Below, piece after piece: positions 19,203-29,246 of a DNA stretch of 64,000 bases; positions within the stretch are counted from its first letter, which is position 1; every line of letters starts with the position of its first letter. The DNA is from Candidatus Binatia bacterium (lineage in GTDB: Bacteria > Desulfobacterota > Binatia > Bin18), in NCBI GenBank assembly GCA_963664395.2, contig OY761159.2, forward strand, positions 1,088,001-1,152,000, in the 5' to 3' direction. Below the pieces are notes generated by a model that was not told the origin of the DNA, did not search any database, and saw only the letters and a program-made list of their open reading frames with translations. Made by a program: the position numbers and the translations under genes.

Positions 19203-20666
19203 TTATATATCTCCTGTCTTGGGGGGACCATAGCCTGCCATCAACTCATCGACGATGGCGTGGAACTCCTCCCACGGGGTCTCCCGATACGCATGGCCGC
19301 GCACGATGAATGAGGCCCCGGCATAGAACTTCTCATACTGCTGATGCCGGCCCGCAAACTCAGAGCCAACCATATCCCAGGCCAGCTTAAACAGCTTCAT
19401 GCGCGCTACCGCATCAGCCTGGGGTGTCTGAAAGTAGTTCACAAACTGCTGGGCGAGGTGTTCGTCCTCCATGACGGAGATATCGGCCGGCATCTGAAAC
19501 ACGCCCCCACCGCACAGGTCCCGCAGTTGATCGATAAACAGCGTGTAGTTCTGGGTGCACCAGTCGAGCGCCGCGTACATCATGCGGCGGTTAAAACACA
19601 CATAGCCGTCCGGCCAGCGCTCATAGGCGTTGATCTGGCCATGCACCATGCCGGCGATCGCGCCCTCGACCGAGGCCATTTTTCCGAGCGTCTCCCGCAC
19701 TGCCGGGATCTGGGCTGCGCCGGTTGCACGGGCGACCTGACTACACAGGCCGAGCAGCAGGCGCATCTTCGACCAATACCGCACGTTGGACTGATGATTG
19801 CCAAAGCAGTGGCTCGGGGTCTTGAGGTAGATGTCCCGCGATAAAACCGCATCGTCATGAACAAAAACTTTCTCCCAAGGCACCTTCACCTGGTCACACA
19901 TCACCATGCTATCGGTTTCGTCATATCGGTACGCTAACGGCGAATCAAACTCTGACCGGCACGCCTGTTCCATGGATTTGCGCGACCACAGACTCAGCCC
20001 TGAGGCATTACACGGCACGGCACACGTAATCGCTTCTTTTTTCTGGTCAGGCGACAAGGGGATGACATTCCCGATCCAGATTTCATTGGCGAACACCGCG
20101 CCTGTCGCCAGCATCTTCATGCCGGAAATAACGACACCGGCGTCGTCTTCACCTACCACACGGAGCGTGGGTACGGGTAGATTCTGACGCTGGTAGAACT
20201 CCGGATCACGCGCAGCTTGAGGGGGCAGCACGGCATAGACGGTGTAGATGTCGTTGTCGCGCACGTGGCGATAATAGGCGAGCAGGTTGTCTGGATTACC
20301 ATACGGCGGTGTGAGTTCATCCGGCTTCATGGCCAGGCCGGTCACAAAGCTGGCTACGTGGTCGGGCGACCGCCCGAACATACCATACGTCAGGTCCGCG
20401 ATTTTTCGATGCCCAACCATCCGCCGCTGCAAGTCGTCGCGCGTCTTGGCCCGCAAATAGTAAATCGAGTGTCGGTCGCCGTCCTCTTCGAAGGTCAGCG
20501 TCTCGCGATTCGCCGGGTCAGCCTTCATGTCGTAGATGGCAGCCACCGTACGGGCGGCGTTGCGGAACGCCGGGTGGGTGGTGACATCCTCGACTCGTTC
20601 CTTGCCAATATAGACCACCCGTCCATCCTGAAGGGATTCCAAATGCTCCTGACCAGTCTTCAGCAT
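19203..20666 (-). CDS. 4-hydroxyphenylacetate 3-hydroxylase-family (HpaB-like) flavin monooxygenase, oxygenase component
   Basis: TG.E.LESLQDGR.VYI.KE.V.DVTTHPAF, GRSPDH, G.KMLAT, YDETD, GSEFAGRH.QYE.FYAG. Confidence 0.92.
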   Translation of the reverse strand: MLKTGQEHLESLQDGRVVYIGKERVEDVTTHPAFRNAARTVAAIYDMKADPANRETLTFEEDGDRHSIYYLRAKTRDDLQRRMVGHRKIADLTYGMFGRSPDHVASFVTGLAMKPDELTPPYGNPDNLLAYYRHVRDNDIYTVYAVLPPQAARDPEFYQRQNLPVPTLRVVGEDDAGVVISGMKMLATGAVFANEIWIGNVIPLSPDQKKEAITCAVPCNASGLSLWSRKSMEQACRSEFDSPLAYRYDETDSMVMCDQVKVPWEKVFVHDDAVLSRDIYLKTPSHCFGNHQSNVRYWSKMRLLLGLCSQVARATGAAQIPAVRETLGKMASVEGAIAGMVHGQINAYERWPDGYVCFNRRMMYAALDWCTQNYTLFIDQLRDLCGGGVFQMPADISVMEDEHLAQQFVNYFQTPQADAVARMKLFKLAWDMVGSEFAGRHQQYEKFYAGASFIVRGHAYRETPWEEFHAIVDELMAGYGPPKTGDI

Positions 20667-21001
20667 GGGTGTCTCCTTTACATCAGCTCGGTATGAGCCG
20701 TGCATAGCACGCATTGTGGGCGAAATCGCGTTCGATACTCGTGGGAGAGAAACTCTCCTTGCTGAGGCCCGACCATCAGCAGGGATTAGACGGATGCGGA
20801 TTCTCCCGAAATCAGTTGGATATTAGGAGGGGGCAGAGGGAGAGGGACTATCATAGAAAGTGATATAATTTGAGCTAAGGGGGGAGTCTCACTTGACTTT
20901 TGCTGACAACTGACCCAGTTTCTCTCCACTAGTTGGCGTTGTCTGGATGAATCCGCCACCACTGAGAGCGCACGCACGGGCGCGCGCAAAAGGAACGTCA
21001 G

Positions 21002-22198
21002 ATGTACGAAATGTTATCCGGCCTTCGCGTGGTCGAAATGGGCCATATTGCCCTTGGGCCCCTAGCTGCCCAAATGTTGGGTGACTATGGCGCGGAAGTC
21101 ATCAAAATCGAGTCGCCAAGCGGCGATCTGTACCGCGCCCTCGGAATAAGCCGCAACCAGGGTATGAGCGCCCAATGGATGGCTTGCAATCGCAACAAAC
21201 GCAGCGTGGCTATCGACCTCAAGCGTGAGGAAGGTCGGGAACTGCTGCGTGACTTACTGAAGACGGCGGACGCGTTCCTCCACAACATGCGTCCACCCGC
21301 TATTCGCCGCTTAGGCTTCGACTACGCGGCGGTGCGTAAAATCAATCCCGACATCGTCTACTGCTTCTCCGGCGGCTTCGGACAGAATGGTCCGTATAAG
21401 GATTACCCGGCGTTCGACGATATCATCCAAGCGTACTCGGGCATCGCTGCTGTCAATAGCCTGCAAACAGGACAACCTGAACTGGTCCCCATGGTGGTGT
21501 GCGACACCCTGACTGGACAAGCGCTCGGGCAAGCCCTACTCGCAGGGCTACTCAGTCGTCAACTGCACGGCGAAGGAGTCTGCATCGAAGTGCCGATGTA
21601 CGAGTTGGTTGTGAGCGCGCTCATGAATCAACACCTGAACGGCGAAGGCTTCGTTCCCGCGGAAGGGCCACTTGGTTATAAACGCGTGCTGAACCCATCA
21701 AGACGCCCGTGTCGAACGAAAGACGGCTTCATGGTGCATGGCGTCTACAAGGTCGAGAACTGGCGCAAGTTGTGCGAGGCGGTGGGCCGTCACGATTTGC
21801 TCGATAGCGGCATGCTAGACGACCAACACACCGTCGCGGCCAACATCTCAACCCTGTACAAAATCATGCTCGAAGAGATCATGCCGCAACGCACGAATAC
21901 CGAATGGGTCGCTCTCTTCAATGCATTGGACATTCCTTACGCTGAAGTCCAGCAGCTGGACACGTTAATGGACGACGAGCATTTGCGTGCCGTTGGATTG
22001 TTCGAAGAATATGAGCATCCGACAGAAGGCGCCGTGCGGCAAATTCGCCAACCGATCAATGTGACTGGACGTGACCGCCGCGGCGACCGGCCACCGCCGC
22101 AGGTCGGCCAAGACTCCGTAAACGTCTTGAACGAGCTGTACGGCGATGAGGACCATGTGCGCCAGCTCATCGATGACGGCATCGTCGTGGCCAGGTAA
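21002..22198 (+). CDS. Class III CoA-transferase
   Basis: LSGLRVVE, GDYGAEVIKIE, NRNKRS, VCDTLTG. Confidence 0.92.
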   Translation: MYEMLSGLRVVEMGHIALGPLAAQMLGDYGAEVIKIESPSGDLYRALGISRNQGMSAQWMACNRNKRSVAIDLKREEGRELLRDLLKTADAFLHNMRPPAIRRLGFDYAAVRKINPDIVYCFSGGFGQNGPYKDYPAFDDIIQAYSGIAAVNSLQTGQPELVPMVVCDTLTGQALGQALLAGLLSRQLHGEGVCIEVPMYELVVSALMNQHLNGEGFVPAEGPLGYKRVLNPSRRPCRTKDGFMVHGVYKVENWRKLCEAVGRHDLLDSGMLDDQHTVAANISTLYKIMLEEIMPQRTNTEWVALFNALDIPYAEVQQLDTLMDDEHLRAVGLFEEYEHPTEGAVRQIRQPINVTGRDRRGDRPPPQVGQDSVNVLNELYGDEDHVRQLIDDGIVVAR

Positions 22199-22256
22199 AC
22201 ATATACGAAGGAATCGAAAGTGGCACAATTCCTCTCGAACAAACGGCGCCCATCTG

Positions 22257-23030
22257 CTAGCCCATATTCTTCACCATTCCGCCGTCGATGTCATACGCCG
22301 CACCCGTGATAAAGCTGGCTCGTTCTGAGCACAGAAAGGCGACCAAGTCGGCAATCTCTTCAGGGCGGCCAAACCGACCGAGCGGAATATTGGCGGCGGC
22401 AAAGTCGTTGATCATGCCGTCCGGGTCGTCGGGATTCAACGTCTTTGCCAAACCATCCCACAGTGGAGTCCGCGTCGGCCCTGGGCAGACGACGTTCACC
22501 AGGATGTTATCCTTAGCCAGTTCGTCGGCTAAGGTTTTGCTCAGACTGATGACAGCCGCTTTCGTTGTGTTGTAGTCGATCAATCCAGCGTTGGGCTGTT
22601 TGCCGAAGATCGACGAAATATTGATAATCCGGCCCCATTTTTGTTTTTGCATCAGGGGAATGGCAAGCCGGGAGCAGCGAATCACGCTGAACAGATTGAT
22701 ATCAAGATTATCTTGCCACTCCTCATCTGACAGACTCAGCCCCTGACTCAGATGGTACCAGCCAGCATTATTGACCAGGATATCAAGCTTGCCGAACTGC
22801 TGTACCGTTGTGTCAAAAAGGGTCTGGATGCCTGCCACTTTACTGACATCAGCCTGGACTGCTAGAGCATGCGGACCTAAAGCTTGGGCGGTGCGAGCTA
22901 ATTGCTCCTCACCGCGGGCGCAAATCACGACGTGGGCTCCCTCTTTGACCAGGCGCTGGGCCATGGCCTCGCCCAGACCGTAGCTCGCTCCAGTAACGAC
23001 CGCTACGCGATCTTTTAAACCAAGATCCAT
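22257..23030 (-). CDS. Short-chain dehydrogenase/reductase
   Basis: TGASYGLG, NNAG, YNTTK, IDGG. Confidence 0.94.
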   Translation of the reverse strand: MDLGLKDRVAVVTGASYGLGEAMAQRLVKEGAHVVICARGEEQLARTAQALGPHALAVQADVSKVAGIQTLFDTTVQQFGKLDILVNNAGWYHLSQGLSLSDEEWQDNLDINLFSVIRCSRLAIPLMQKQKWGRIINISSIFGKQPNAGLIDYNTTKAAVISLSKTLADELAKDNILVNVVCPGPTRTPLWDGLAKTLNPDDPDGMINDFAAANIPLGRFGRPEEIADLVAFLCSERASFITGAAYDIDGGMVKNMG

Positions 23031-23344
23031 GTCTCCCTCCTTCCCACGCTATCGCTTATCAATTCGGGGTTGCGATAGCAAACGATACTGGAGAAGTAAT
23101 GAGGGACGTTACAGTCTGAACGGAGCGACGGCAACGATATTGGCGGCGCTGCGATCGGGTATCGGGCAGGGGGATTATAGGGTGGATGGTGATCTCTTCA
23201 TCGGGAACGACGATTTTCTGTTTGGTCTCAAAGCTGGGCTGCTGATGGGCCGACCCGGCAAATCGTGGGATGACTTTACAATACGGTGGGCAGGTACTAG
23301 AAGGTGAATTGCCATATGGACAGGTGATTCAGAAGGAGGCAACG

Positions 23345-24565
23345 ATGGCGATGGGACTGGACCAGGTACAACCAGCGGCCCCGCTGGATTTTTTGATGAT
23401 TGATGCCGACCACCATTATTATGAGCCAGATGATTGCTTCACGCGTCATATGGAATCAGCCTATGCCAACCGTGCGGTCAATATCCGCAGAGGCGAGGGC
23501 AAGTTTGGACGGGTGTATATCGGCGATGAACGTATACGATTTTTTAGCGTCATTCCTGGTGACCACACGGGCGGGCCTGGCGCACTACAGAAATTTCTCA
23601 AGAGTCACTCAGGCGAGGGCGATGGCCTGGTCTCGGGCGAGACAGTCTCAGCGCCAACGTTTCCCGAATCAACAGACTACAACGTGCGGTTGCGAAAGAT
23701 GAATGAACAAGGGGTCGAGGCAGCCCTGATGCTTCCGACGCTGGGTGTCGGCGTCGCGCATGAGCTCCGCCACGAGCCGCAAGCCTTGTTCGCCAATTTG
23801 CGCGCGTTTAACCGTTGGCTCGAGGAGGACTGGAGCTTTGGGAAGGATGGCCGTCTCTATGGTATTCCCGTCTTGTCACTCGTGGATATTGACCTCGCAG
23901 TCGCCGAACTCGAACGGGTCCTCGCCTTAGGCGCGCGAAGTGTGAACTTAACGCCAGGTCCGGTCAATGGGCACTCGCCGGCAGACCCGCTGTATGATCC
24001 GTTCTGGGCACGCTGTCAGGAAGCCGGCATTCCGGTTGTGTTTCATCTGGGCAATGACGGCCTGACCGAAATATACTCTTCACAATGGAGTGAGAGCCCC
24101 TCCCCTCCGAGCCACCGGCTCAGTCCGTTCCAACGGGTGATCGCTTCGACGGAACGCGCGACGGCTGACACCCTGAGCGCGCTCGTGTTCCACAATCTGT
24201 TTGGTCGATTTCCGGGTCTACAGGTCGTGAGCATTGAGAACGGGGCCACATGGATTGCGCCCTTACTCAAGGCTATGGACCACGCGGCGCGGTTGTCGGG
24301 TCCACGAGATTGGACATTCGGACATTCTCCGGACCGACCCAGCGAAATTTTCAAGCGACACATTAAAGTCTCTCCCTTTCCGGAAGAGGACATTCCGGCG
24401 CTGGTCGAGGTCCTCGGGCCAGAAAACGTGTTGGCCGGTTCCGACTGGCCGCATCCTGAGGGATGTGCTGAGCCGATTGATTATGTGGAAGGGCTGGAAG
24501 GCTTGTCACCTGAGGTGGTGCGTGCGGTGATGCGCGATAACACACAGAAGCTCTTTGGCGTCTAA
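23345..24565 (+). CDS. Amidohydrolase_2 family protein
   Basis: IDADHHYYE, PTLG, VFH, GSDWPH. AAGGAGG RBS before ATG 23345. Confidence 0.92.
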   Translation: MAMGLDQVQPAAPLDFLMIDADHHYYEPDDCFTRHMESAYANRAVNIRRGEGKFGRVYIGDERIRFFSVIPGDHTGGPGALQKFLKSHSGEGDGLVSGETVSAPTFPESTDYNVRLRKMNEQGVEAALMLPTLGVGVAHELRHEPQALFANLRAFNRWLEEDWSFGKDGRLYGIPVLSLVDIDLAVAELERVLALGARSVNLTPGPVNGHSPADPLYDPFWARCQEAGIPVVFHLGNDGLTEIYSSQWSESPSPPSHRLSPFQRVIASTERATADTLSALVFHNLFGRFPGLQVVSIENGATWIAPLLKAMDHAARLSGPRDWTFGHSPDRPSEIFKRHIKVSPFPEEDIPALVEVLGPENVLAGSDWPHPEGCAEPIDYVEGLEGLSPEVVRAVMRDNTQKLFGV

Positions 24566-24594
24566 CCCGACCCCACAGGTCTTTACGTGTCCTA

Positions 24595-24711
24595 CGGGTC
24601 AAACGGGATATCCGCATCCGCATTGAGGAAATGGGCCTCCCCTACACGATCGTGATTCCCGTCTCCCCCGAGTCGTAGGAACTGTTTGTGAATGCGGTCA
24701 TGCCCGCGTTT
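24595..24711 (+). pseudogene. Remnant C-terminus of an LLM oxidoreductase gene
   Basis: Translates as RVKRDIRIRIEEMGLPYTIVIPVSPES*ELFVNAVMPAF, matching LLM C-termini in this window (ELFAQEIMPAF). No start codon and an internal stop. Confidence 0.55.
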
Positions 24712-24746
24712 GGGTCGTGCGGGGACAATATGTTGGGAGAAAAACA

Positions 24747-25514
24747 GTGAGCGACATCAAGCAATCCGTCCACGATCAGTTCGGTCGGGCAGCCGCGCAA
24801 TATAAAACCAGCCAGGTCCATGCCACGGGCGAGGATTTGGTCCGGATTGCCAAGCTGGTGCAACAGCAGGAACAGCCGTACGCCCTGGATGCGGGCTGTG
24901 GCGCGGGCCATGCCTCGATGGCTATCGCTCCGTATAGCCGCCGGGTCGTCGCCCTGGACCTCACCCCGCATATGCTGGAGCAGGTCGAGCAGTTGGCCGC
25001 CGAACGCGGCTTCTCCCATATCGAAACGCGCCAGGGCGATGTCGAACAGATTCCGTTTGGAGACAACAGCTTTGATCTTGTGGTCTCCCGCTATAGCGCC
25101 CATCACTGGCCGGACCCCCTGACGGCGCTCCAGGAATGCGCTCGCGTGCTGAAGCCCGGCGGACGATTTATCCTGAGCGATATTATTTCGCCCGAAGAGC
25201 CGGCGCACGACACCTTTCTACAAACGTTTGAACTCCTGCGTGACGCCTCGCACGTCCGCGACCACACGCTTGCCCAGTGGCAGACCATGTTTGTACGGAA
25301 CGGGTTTCAGTCACGCGTCGTTTTCACCTGGCGCCTGCCGCTGGACTTCCAGGCCTGGACAGCCCGGATGGCGACCCCACCCGCACGAGTCGCCATGGTG
25401 CAGCACTTGTATGAGAGCGCGCCCGAGGAGATCCGAACGGCTTTCGCTATCCAGGACAATTACGATTTTGCCCTGTACGGAGCGTTGTTTGAGGCGACCT
25501 GTCAGGGCGGCTAA
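24747..25514 (+). CDS. Class I SAM-dependent methyltransferase (YcgJ/YafE-like)
   Basis: LDAGCGAGH, FDLVVSRYSAHH, RVLKPGG, RDASHV. GTG start. Confidence 0.9.
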   Translation: MSDIKQSVHDQFGRAAAQYKTSQVHATGEDLVRIAKLVQQQEQPYALDAGCGAGHASMAIAPYSRRVVALDLTPHMLEQVEQLAAERGFSHIETRQGDVEQIPFGDNSFDLVVSRYSAHHWPDPLTALQECARVLKPGGRFILSDIISPEEPAHDTFLQTFELLRDASHVRDHTLAQWQTMFVRNGFQSRVVFTWRLPLDFQAWTARMATPPARVAMVQHLYESAPEEIRTAFAIQDNYDFALYGALFEATCQGG

Positions 25515-25526
25515 CAGGAGGCAGCC

Positions 25527-26753
25527 ATGGGTACGATAGTCTTGCGCGACGGCATCATTTTCGATGGCCACAGTCCTGAGCTACTCGACGGGGCAGACGT
25601 CCTGATCGAAGATGGCGAAATCAAGGAGGTTTCTGAGCGGCCGCTCAAGGCCGCCAGCGCTCAGGAAATCCGCCTGGGTGGTCGTTTTCTCATGCCCGGT
25701 CTGATCGACGCCCACTTTCATGCCTATGCCGCCCACGTCAATCTCGCCAGCCTGGACGATTGGCCGATGTCGCTTTTGAGTCAACATGCCCGGACGTTTT
25801 TAGAAGATGCCCTGCAACGTGGCTTTACGAGCGTGCGGGATGCGGCTGGAGCGGATTTTGGACTGGCCGCCGCGGTTGAGCAGGGGTTGATCAAGGGGCC
25901 CCGTCTCTTTTTCTCGGGCCGGGCCTTGAGCCAAACCGGCGGGCATGGCGATACGCGGCCAGTCAAACATTTTGAACCCTGCGCCTGCGGCTTTCAGGGC
26001 TGCCTCTCACAAGTAGCGGACGGGGTGGACGCGGTCCGCCGGGCGGCCCGGGAAGAGCTGCGCAAAGGGGCACATCAGATCAAAATCATGGCCACGGGCG
26101 GCCTCTCCTCACCCACCGACCCGGTGTGGATGCTGCAATACTCGGACGAGGAAATCCGCGCCGCGGTCGAGGAGGCGGCCTCGCGGCGCACCTATGTCAT
26201 GGCCCACGCCTACACCGCGGAAGCCATTGCCCGCGTCGTCAAGCTGGGGGTGCGCTCAATCGAGCACGCCAATCTGATTGACCGGCCAACCGCAGAACTG
26301 GTCGCCCAGCACGGCGCGTATGTCGTCCCCACCCTCGTGACCTATGAAACCCTCGGAGAGCTGGGCAAGGAGTTGGGCCTGCCCGAGGGTAATATCGCTA
26401 AGCTGAAAGAGATCCGGACTGCGGGACTGACCTCGCTTGAGCTGTGTCAGGCGGCCGGGATCAAGTTGGGCTACGGGACCGATCTGCTGGGGAGTTTGCA
26501 CGCCCAGCAGTGTCGCGAGTTCCTGATCCGGCGGGAGGTCCTCAACCCTATCGATATTCTGCGTTCGGCAACGACGATCAACGCCGAGATCCTGAACCAA
26601 GCGGGAAAACTCGGCACGGTCGCTCCGGGGGCGTACGCCGACTTGGTTGTGTTTGATGGCAATCCGCTTGAAGATGTCGGCGTCTTGCAGCCCGAGGCCG
26701 GCGGGCCACGCCTGGTCATGAAGGCCGGTGCGATCTATAAGAACTCTTTGTGA
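25527..26753 (+). CDS. Metal-dependent amidohydrolase (prolidase-like)
   Basis: PGLIDAHFH, GFTSVRDA, QTGGHGD, IKIMATGG, AHA, IEH, GTD. Confidence 0.93.
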   Translation: MGTIVLRDGIIFDGHSPELLDGADVLIEDGEIKEVSERPLKAASAQEIRLGGRFLMPGLIDAHFHAYAAHVNLASLDDWPMSLLSQHARTFLEDALQRGFTSVRDAAGADFGLAAAVEQGLIKGPRLFFSGRALSQTGGHGDTRPVKHFEPCACGFQGCLSQVADGVDAVRRAAREELRKGAHQIKIMATGGLSSPTDPVWMLQYSDEEIRAAVEEAASRRTYVMAHAYTAEAIARVVKLGVRSIEHANLIDRPTAELVAQHGAYVVPTLVTYETLGELGKELGLPEGNIAKLKEIRTAGLTSLELCQAAGIKLGYGTDLLGSLHAQQCREFLIRREVLNPIDILRSATTINAEILNQAGKLGTVAPGAYADLVVFDGNPLEDVGVLQPEAGGPRLVMKAGAIYKNSL

Positions 26754-26773
26754 CGAGGCGCTGTATCTGCAAT

Positions 26774-27268
26774 CTAGCCCTCCACCTGTTCAGCGAGTCG
26801 CTGGGCGGTATCAATCAACGGTTGGGTCAGCGCCGCCACCTCGGGGTCGGCACACATCATAATCTTGTCCGGGTCCGCAGCGAGAGGATCAACATCCACA
26901 TGGCGGTGTGCGATGCGCCACTGCCCGGCCTGTTTCACCAAACGGTCCACGTAGCGCCCTTGGCCGAAGATCTTATACCCACCCGGGGTCGCAAGCGTTG
27001 CCAGGACGCTGACCTGTCCGGTCGCTTCGTTTCCATCGACCTCATACAGTAAGTTGCTGGTCATGTGCCGACAGCGAATTTCCCGCACATGCACGCGGGC
27101 ATACTCGCGCAGAGCCGCATGACCGCGGACCACCCAGGTTGCGACCTGAAAAGCCCCGTCCGGGGTGAAACACTGCACCCAGGCTTCGGGGTCCAGGCTG
27201 TCTATCGCATGGGCATAGCGAGCACACAATTCTTGGATGGCGAGCTTCTCGATCCAGGTCTGTTCCAT
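26774..27268 (-). CDS. SnoaL/NTF2-like protein
   Basis: AIQELCARYAHAID, FTPDG, RH..SN, GRYVDRL....WRI. Confidence 0.85.
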   Translation of the reverse strand: MEQTWIEKLAIQELCARYAHAIDSLDPEAWVQCFTPDGAFQVATWVVRGHAALREYARVHVREIRCRHMTSNLLYEVDGNEATGQVSVLATLATPGGYKIFGQGRYVDRLVKQAGQWRIAHRHVDVDPLAADPDKIMMCADPEVAALTQPLIDTAQRLAEQVEG

Positions 27269-27386
27269 ACCACACCTCTGCCTTTCTTTTGCCTTCACTT
27301 TCTCTCATGAATATAACGCTGAGTTCAAGAGCGATATTTGGGGGAGTCCGACTCGTCTGAGGGACAGCCAGGAAAGTTCCCCTCCT

Positions 27387-27858
27387 ATGAAGCGAGCCAT
27401 ACGTTTCGCTGTATGCAGGTTTGGAGAAGGCGGGCCGAAACCGGAGCGAGCTTACCATCGACCTGTTTGTGACGATGAGCATCAACGAGGACGAAAGCCT
27501 GGCCCTCAACGATGTCCGAGCCTGGGCCACCAGTCAGGCCGCAACCTTCCATACCTGGAAACAGCTTCCCCCGACCTGGGAGCGCTTTCGGCCGGATTTC
27601 GAACGCGCGGCGCAGCACTACCGGCTGGTTGAGCACTTGTCTCTACGCGCCGGTCACAAAGAAATTGTGAGTAATGAATTTGTGCAGGCCGTCGCTATTG
27701 CGGGCAATAGACGCACGTGTCTCGATCGACTGAACGAGTTGGCCCGGCTTGATATTGACCGGATAACGTTCGCTCTCCTGTCCGGCGGACGGATACGCCG
27801 CCTAGACGAGTTGGCAAACCATATTATGCCCGGCCTTGCTGGGGTAGAGTCGAGCTGA
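27387..27858 (+). pseudogene. 5'-truncated, frameshifted LLM (Mer-like) oxidoreductase fragment
   Basis: AGLEKAGRNRSEL...AVAIAGNRRTCLDRLNELARL...LANHIMP is an LLM C-terminal half. The N-terminal half is missing and the upstream ATG is in another frame. Confidence 0.65.
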
Positions 27859-27861
27859 GCG

Positions 27862-28200
27862 TCAGGTCAGTGGTATAAAATCGTATTCACCGGCCTGCAA
27901 AACCAAGAACACCACTGACTCCTCCCCCGCGTTCGTCACAAGGTGGGGGCGGCGTGGTACCACCGCGTAGGTCTCACCGGGCGCCAGGCGAACGTCTTCT
28001 TTGGGGTCTTGCATAAATATACGCAGGTGGCCGTGGAGAACGTAGAAGGTATCCTGGACATCGGTGTGGGAGTGCCAGGGGACTTTCTGGCTTGGGCTGA
28101 GCTGTAGTTCGGCGATCTGAAATCCTGGTCGTTGGGCGTGGTAGACCAAGCGCTCGACTTCCAATAGAGAACTCGGATTCCTGAGCGGTTCCCTTTTCAT
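27862..28200 (-). CDS. Cupin_2 protein
   Basis: PWHSH...DTFYVLHG, PRRPHLVTN. Confidence 0.88.
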   Translation of the reverse strand: MKREPLRNPSSLLEVERLVYHAQRPGFQIAELQLSPSQKVPWHSHTDVQDTFYVLHGHLRIFMQDPKEDVRLAPGETYAVVPRRPHLVTNAGEESVVFLVLQAGEYDFIPLT

Positions 28201-28275
28201 TTGTATGTTCCTCTTTCGCAAACTCTTGTCTTGATAACAATTCGATTTCAACTAAGGCCCTAGAAGGAGAATGAT

Positions 28276-29196
28276 ATGCCCAATTCAGTTGAGCCTCGAT
28301 CCGTCGATAGTTTTATTGCTTTCTTCGATGTGCTGGGGTGGAAGTCCTTGGTTCGCACTACGGAAAAAGACAATGGTTTCTCCGTGCAGAAGGTTGTTGA
28401 TGTTCTGAACATGATCAGATCGGAGCTGGAAAGATGTCGTTATTTTTATAAGAAAGATGGTCCTGAAATTTGTCCCTCTGCACCATTTATCAAGAAAGAT
28501 ATGGATTTCCGTTTTACTTTGTCTTCCGATAGCGTTGTTCTTTCATCCGAAGTCTCCCCGGCAGGGCTCGTCAATCTTCTCAACTGTTGTCGGGTTGTAT
28601 ATTTCAAGTTGTTTTTGAGGAAAGAACTCATGTGTCGCGGTTATATTAAACGTGGACTAATCTACCACACGGCAGATTATTGTGTAGGCAGCGGTCTTAA
28701 TGATGTTGTCGAAGGGGAGAAGAGGGTTTCTATCTTCAAGACGGAGGATGGTGAACGTGGGACTCCTTTCGTCGAGGTTGACAGGAATATTGTTCAATAC
28801 GTCAATGATGAAACATCTGATAGTTGTGTAAAAGAAACATTTTCAGAGTTTGTCAAGATGAAAGATGGTGTTGCTGCCATCTTTCCGTTCAAACGTCTCG
28901 ATCCTGGTAGCTTCGGGGATGGAAGGTTCGATCCCGATAAAGAACGTCAAACAATCGCTACTGTTCGTAATTGGATAGATAAAGCGAAGGAAATGGTGCG
29001 CCGTCATGTTGATCCTTCCAGCGACTCTGCACGCCGAAAGGAACGTTGTCTGATTCGGATGCTTGATGACCAACTCGACATCTGTGATCGTACGGAAAAG
29101 GCAATCCACGAGATGACAGAGCCATATCCAGCCCATACATTGCCGAGTTTCCCCATCCCAGGATTAAAAAAAGACGCGACCGGTAATAGAGCTTGA
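28276..29196 (+). CDS. Hypothetical protein with class III nucleotidyl-cyclase-like motifs
   Basis: AFFDVLGW, SSDSVV, CRGYIKRG, GSGL. AAGGAG RBS; AT-rich. Confidence 0.7.
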   Translation: MPNSVEPRSVDSFIAFFDVLGWKSLVRTTEKDNGFSVQKVVDVLNMIRSELERCRYFYKKDGPEICPSAPFIKKDMDFRFTLSSDSVVLSSEVSPAGLVNLLNCCRVVYFKLFLRKELMCRGYIKRGLIYHTADYCVGSGLNDVVEGEKRVSIFKTEDGERGTPFVEVDRNIVQYVNDETSDSCVKETFSEFVKMKDGVAAIFPFKRLDPGSFGDGRFDPDKERQTIATVRNWIDKAKEMVRRHVDPSSDSARRKERCLIRMLDDQLDICDRTEKAIHEMTEPYPAHTLPSFPIPGLKKDATGNRA

Positions 29197-29246
29197 GTGG
29201 TTTAAGGGCATTGCGTTTTGCCTTCCCCTTCGCCACAACAGAGCCC

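Noticed and set aside
20715-21001. Long intergenic regions (also 11255-11478, 23031-23344, 62015-62366) as ncRNA or riboswitch loci
   Set aside because: I recognised no tRNA or riboswitch consensus by eye. An Rfam/Infernal search would be needed.
24676-24678. In-frame TAG in the LLM remnant as a possible pyrrolysine or readthrough codon
   Set aside because: The fragment has no start or N-terminal domain and the position is not catalytic. Decay is the simpler explanation.
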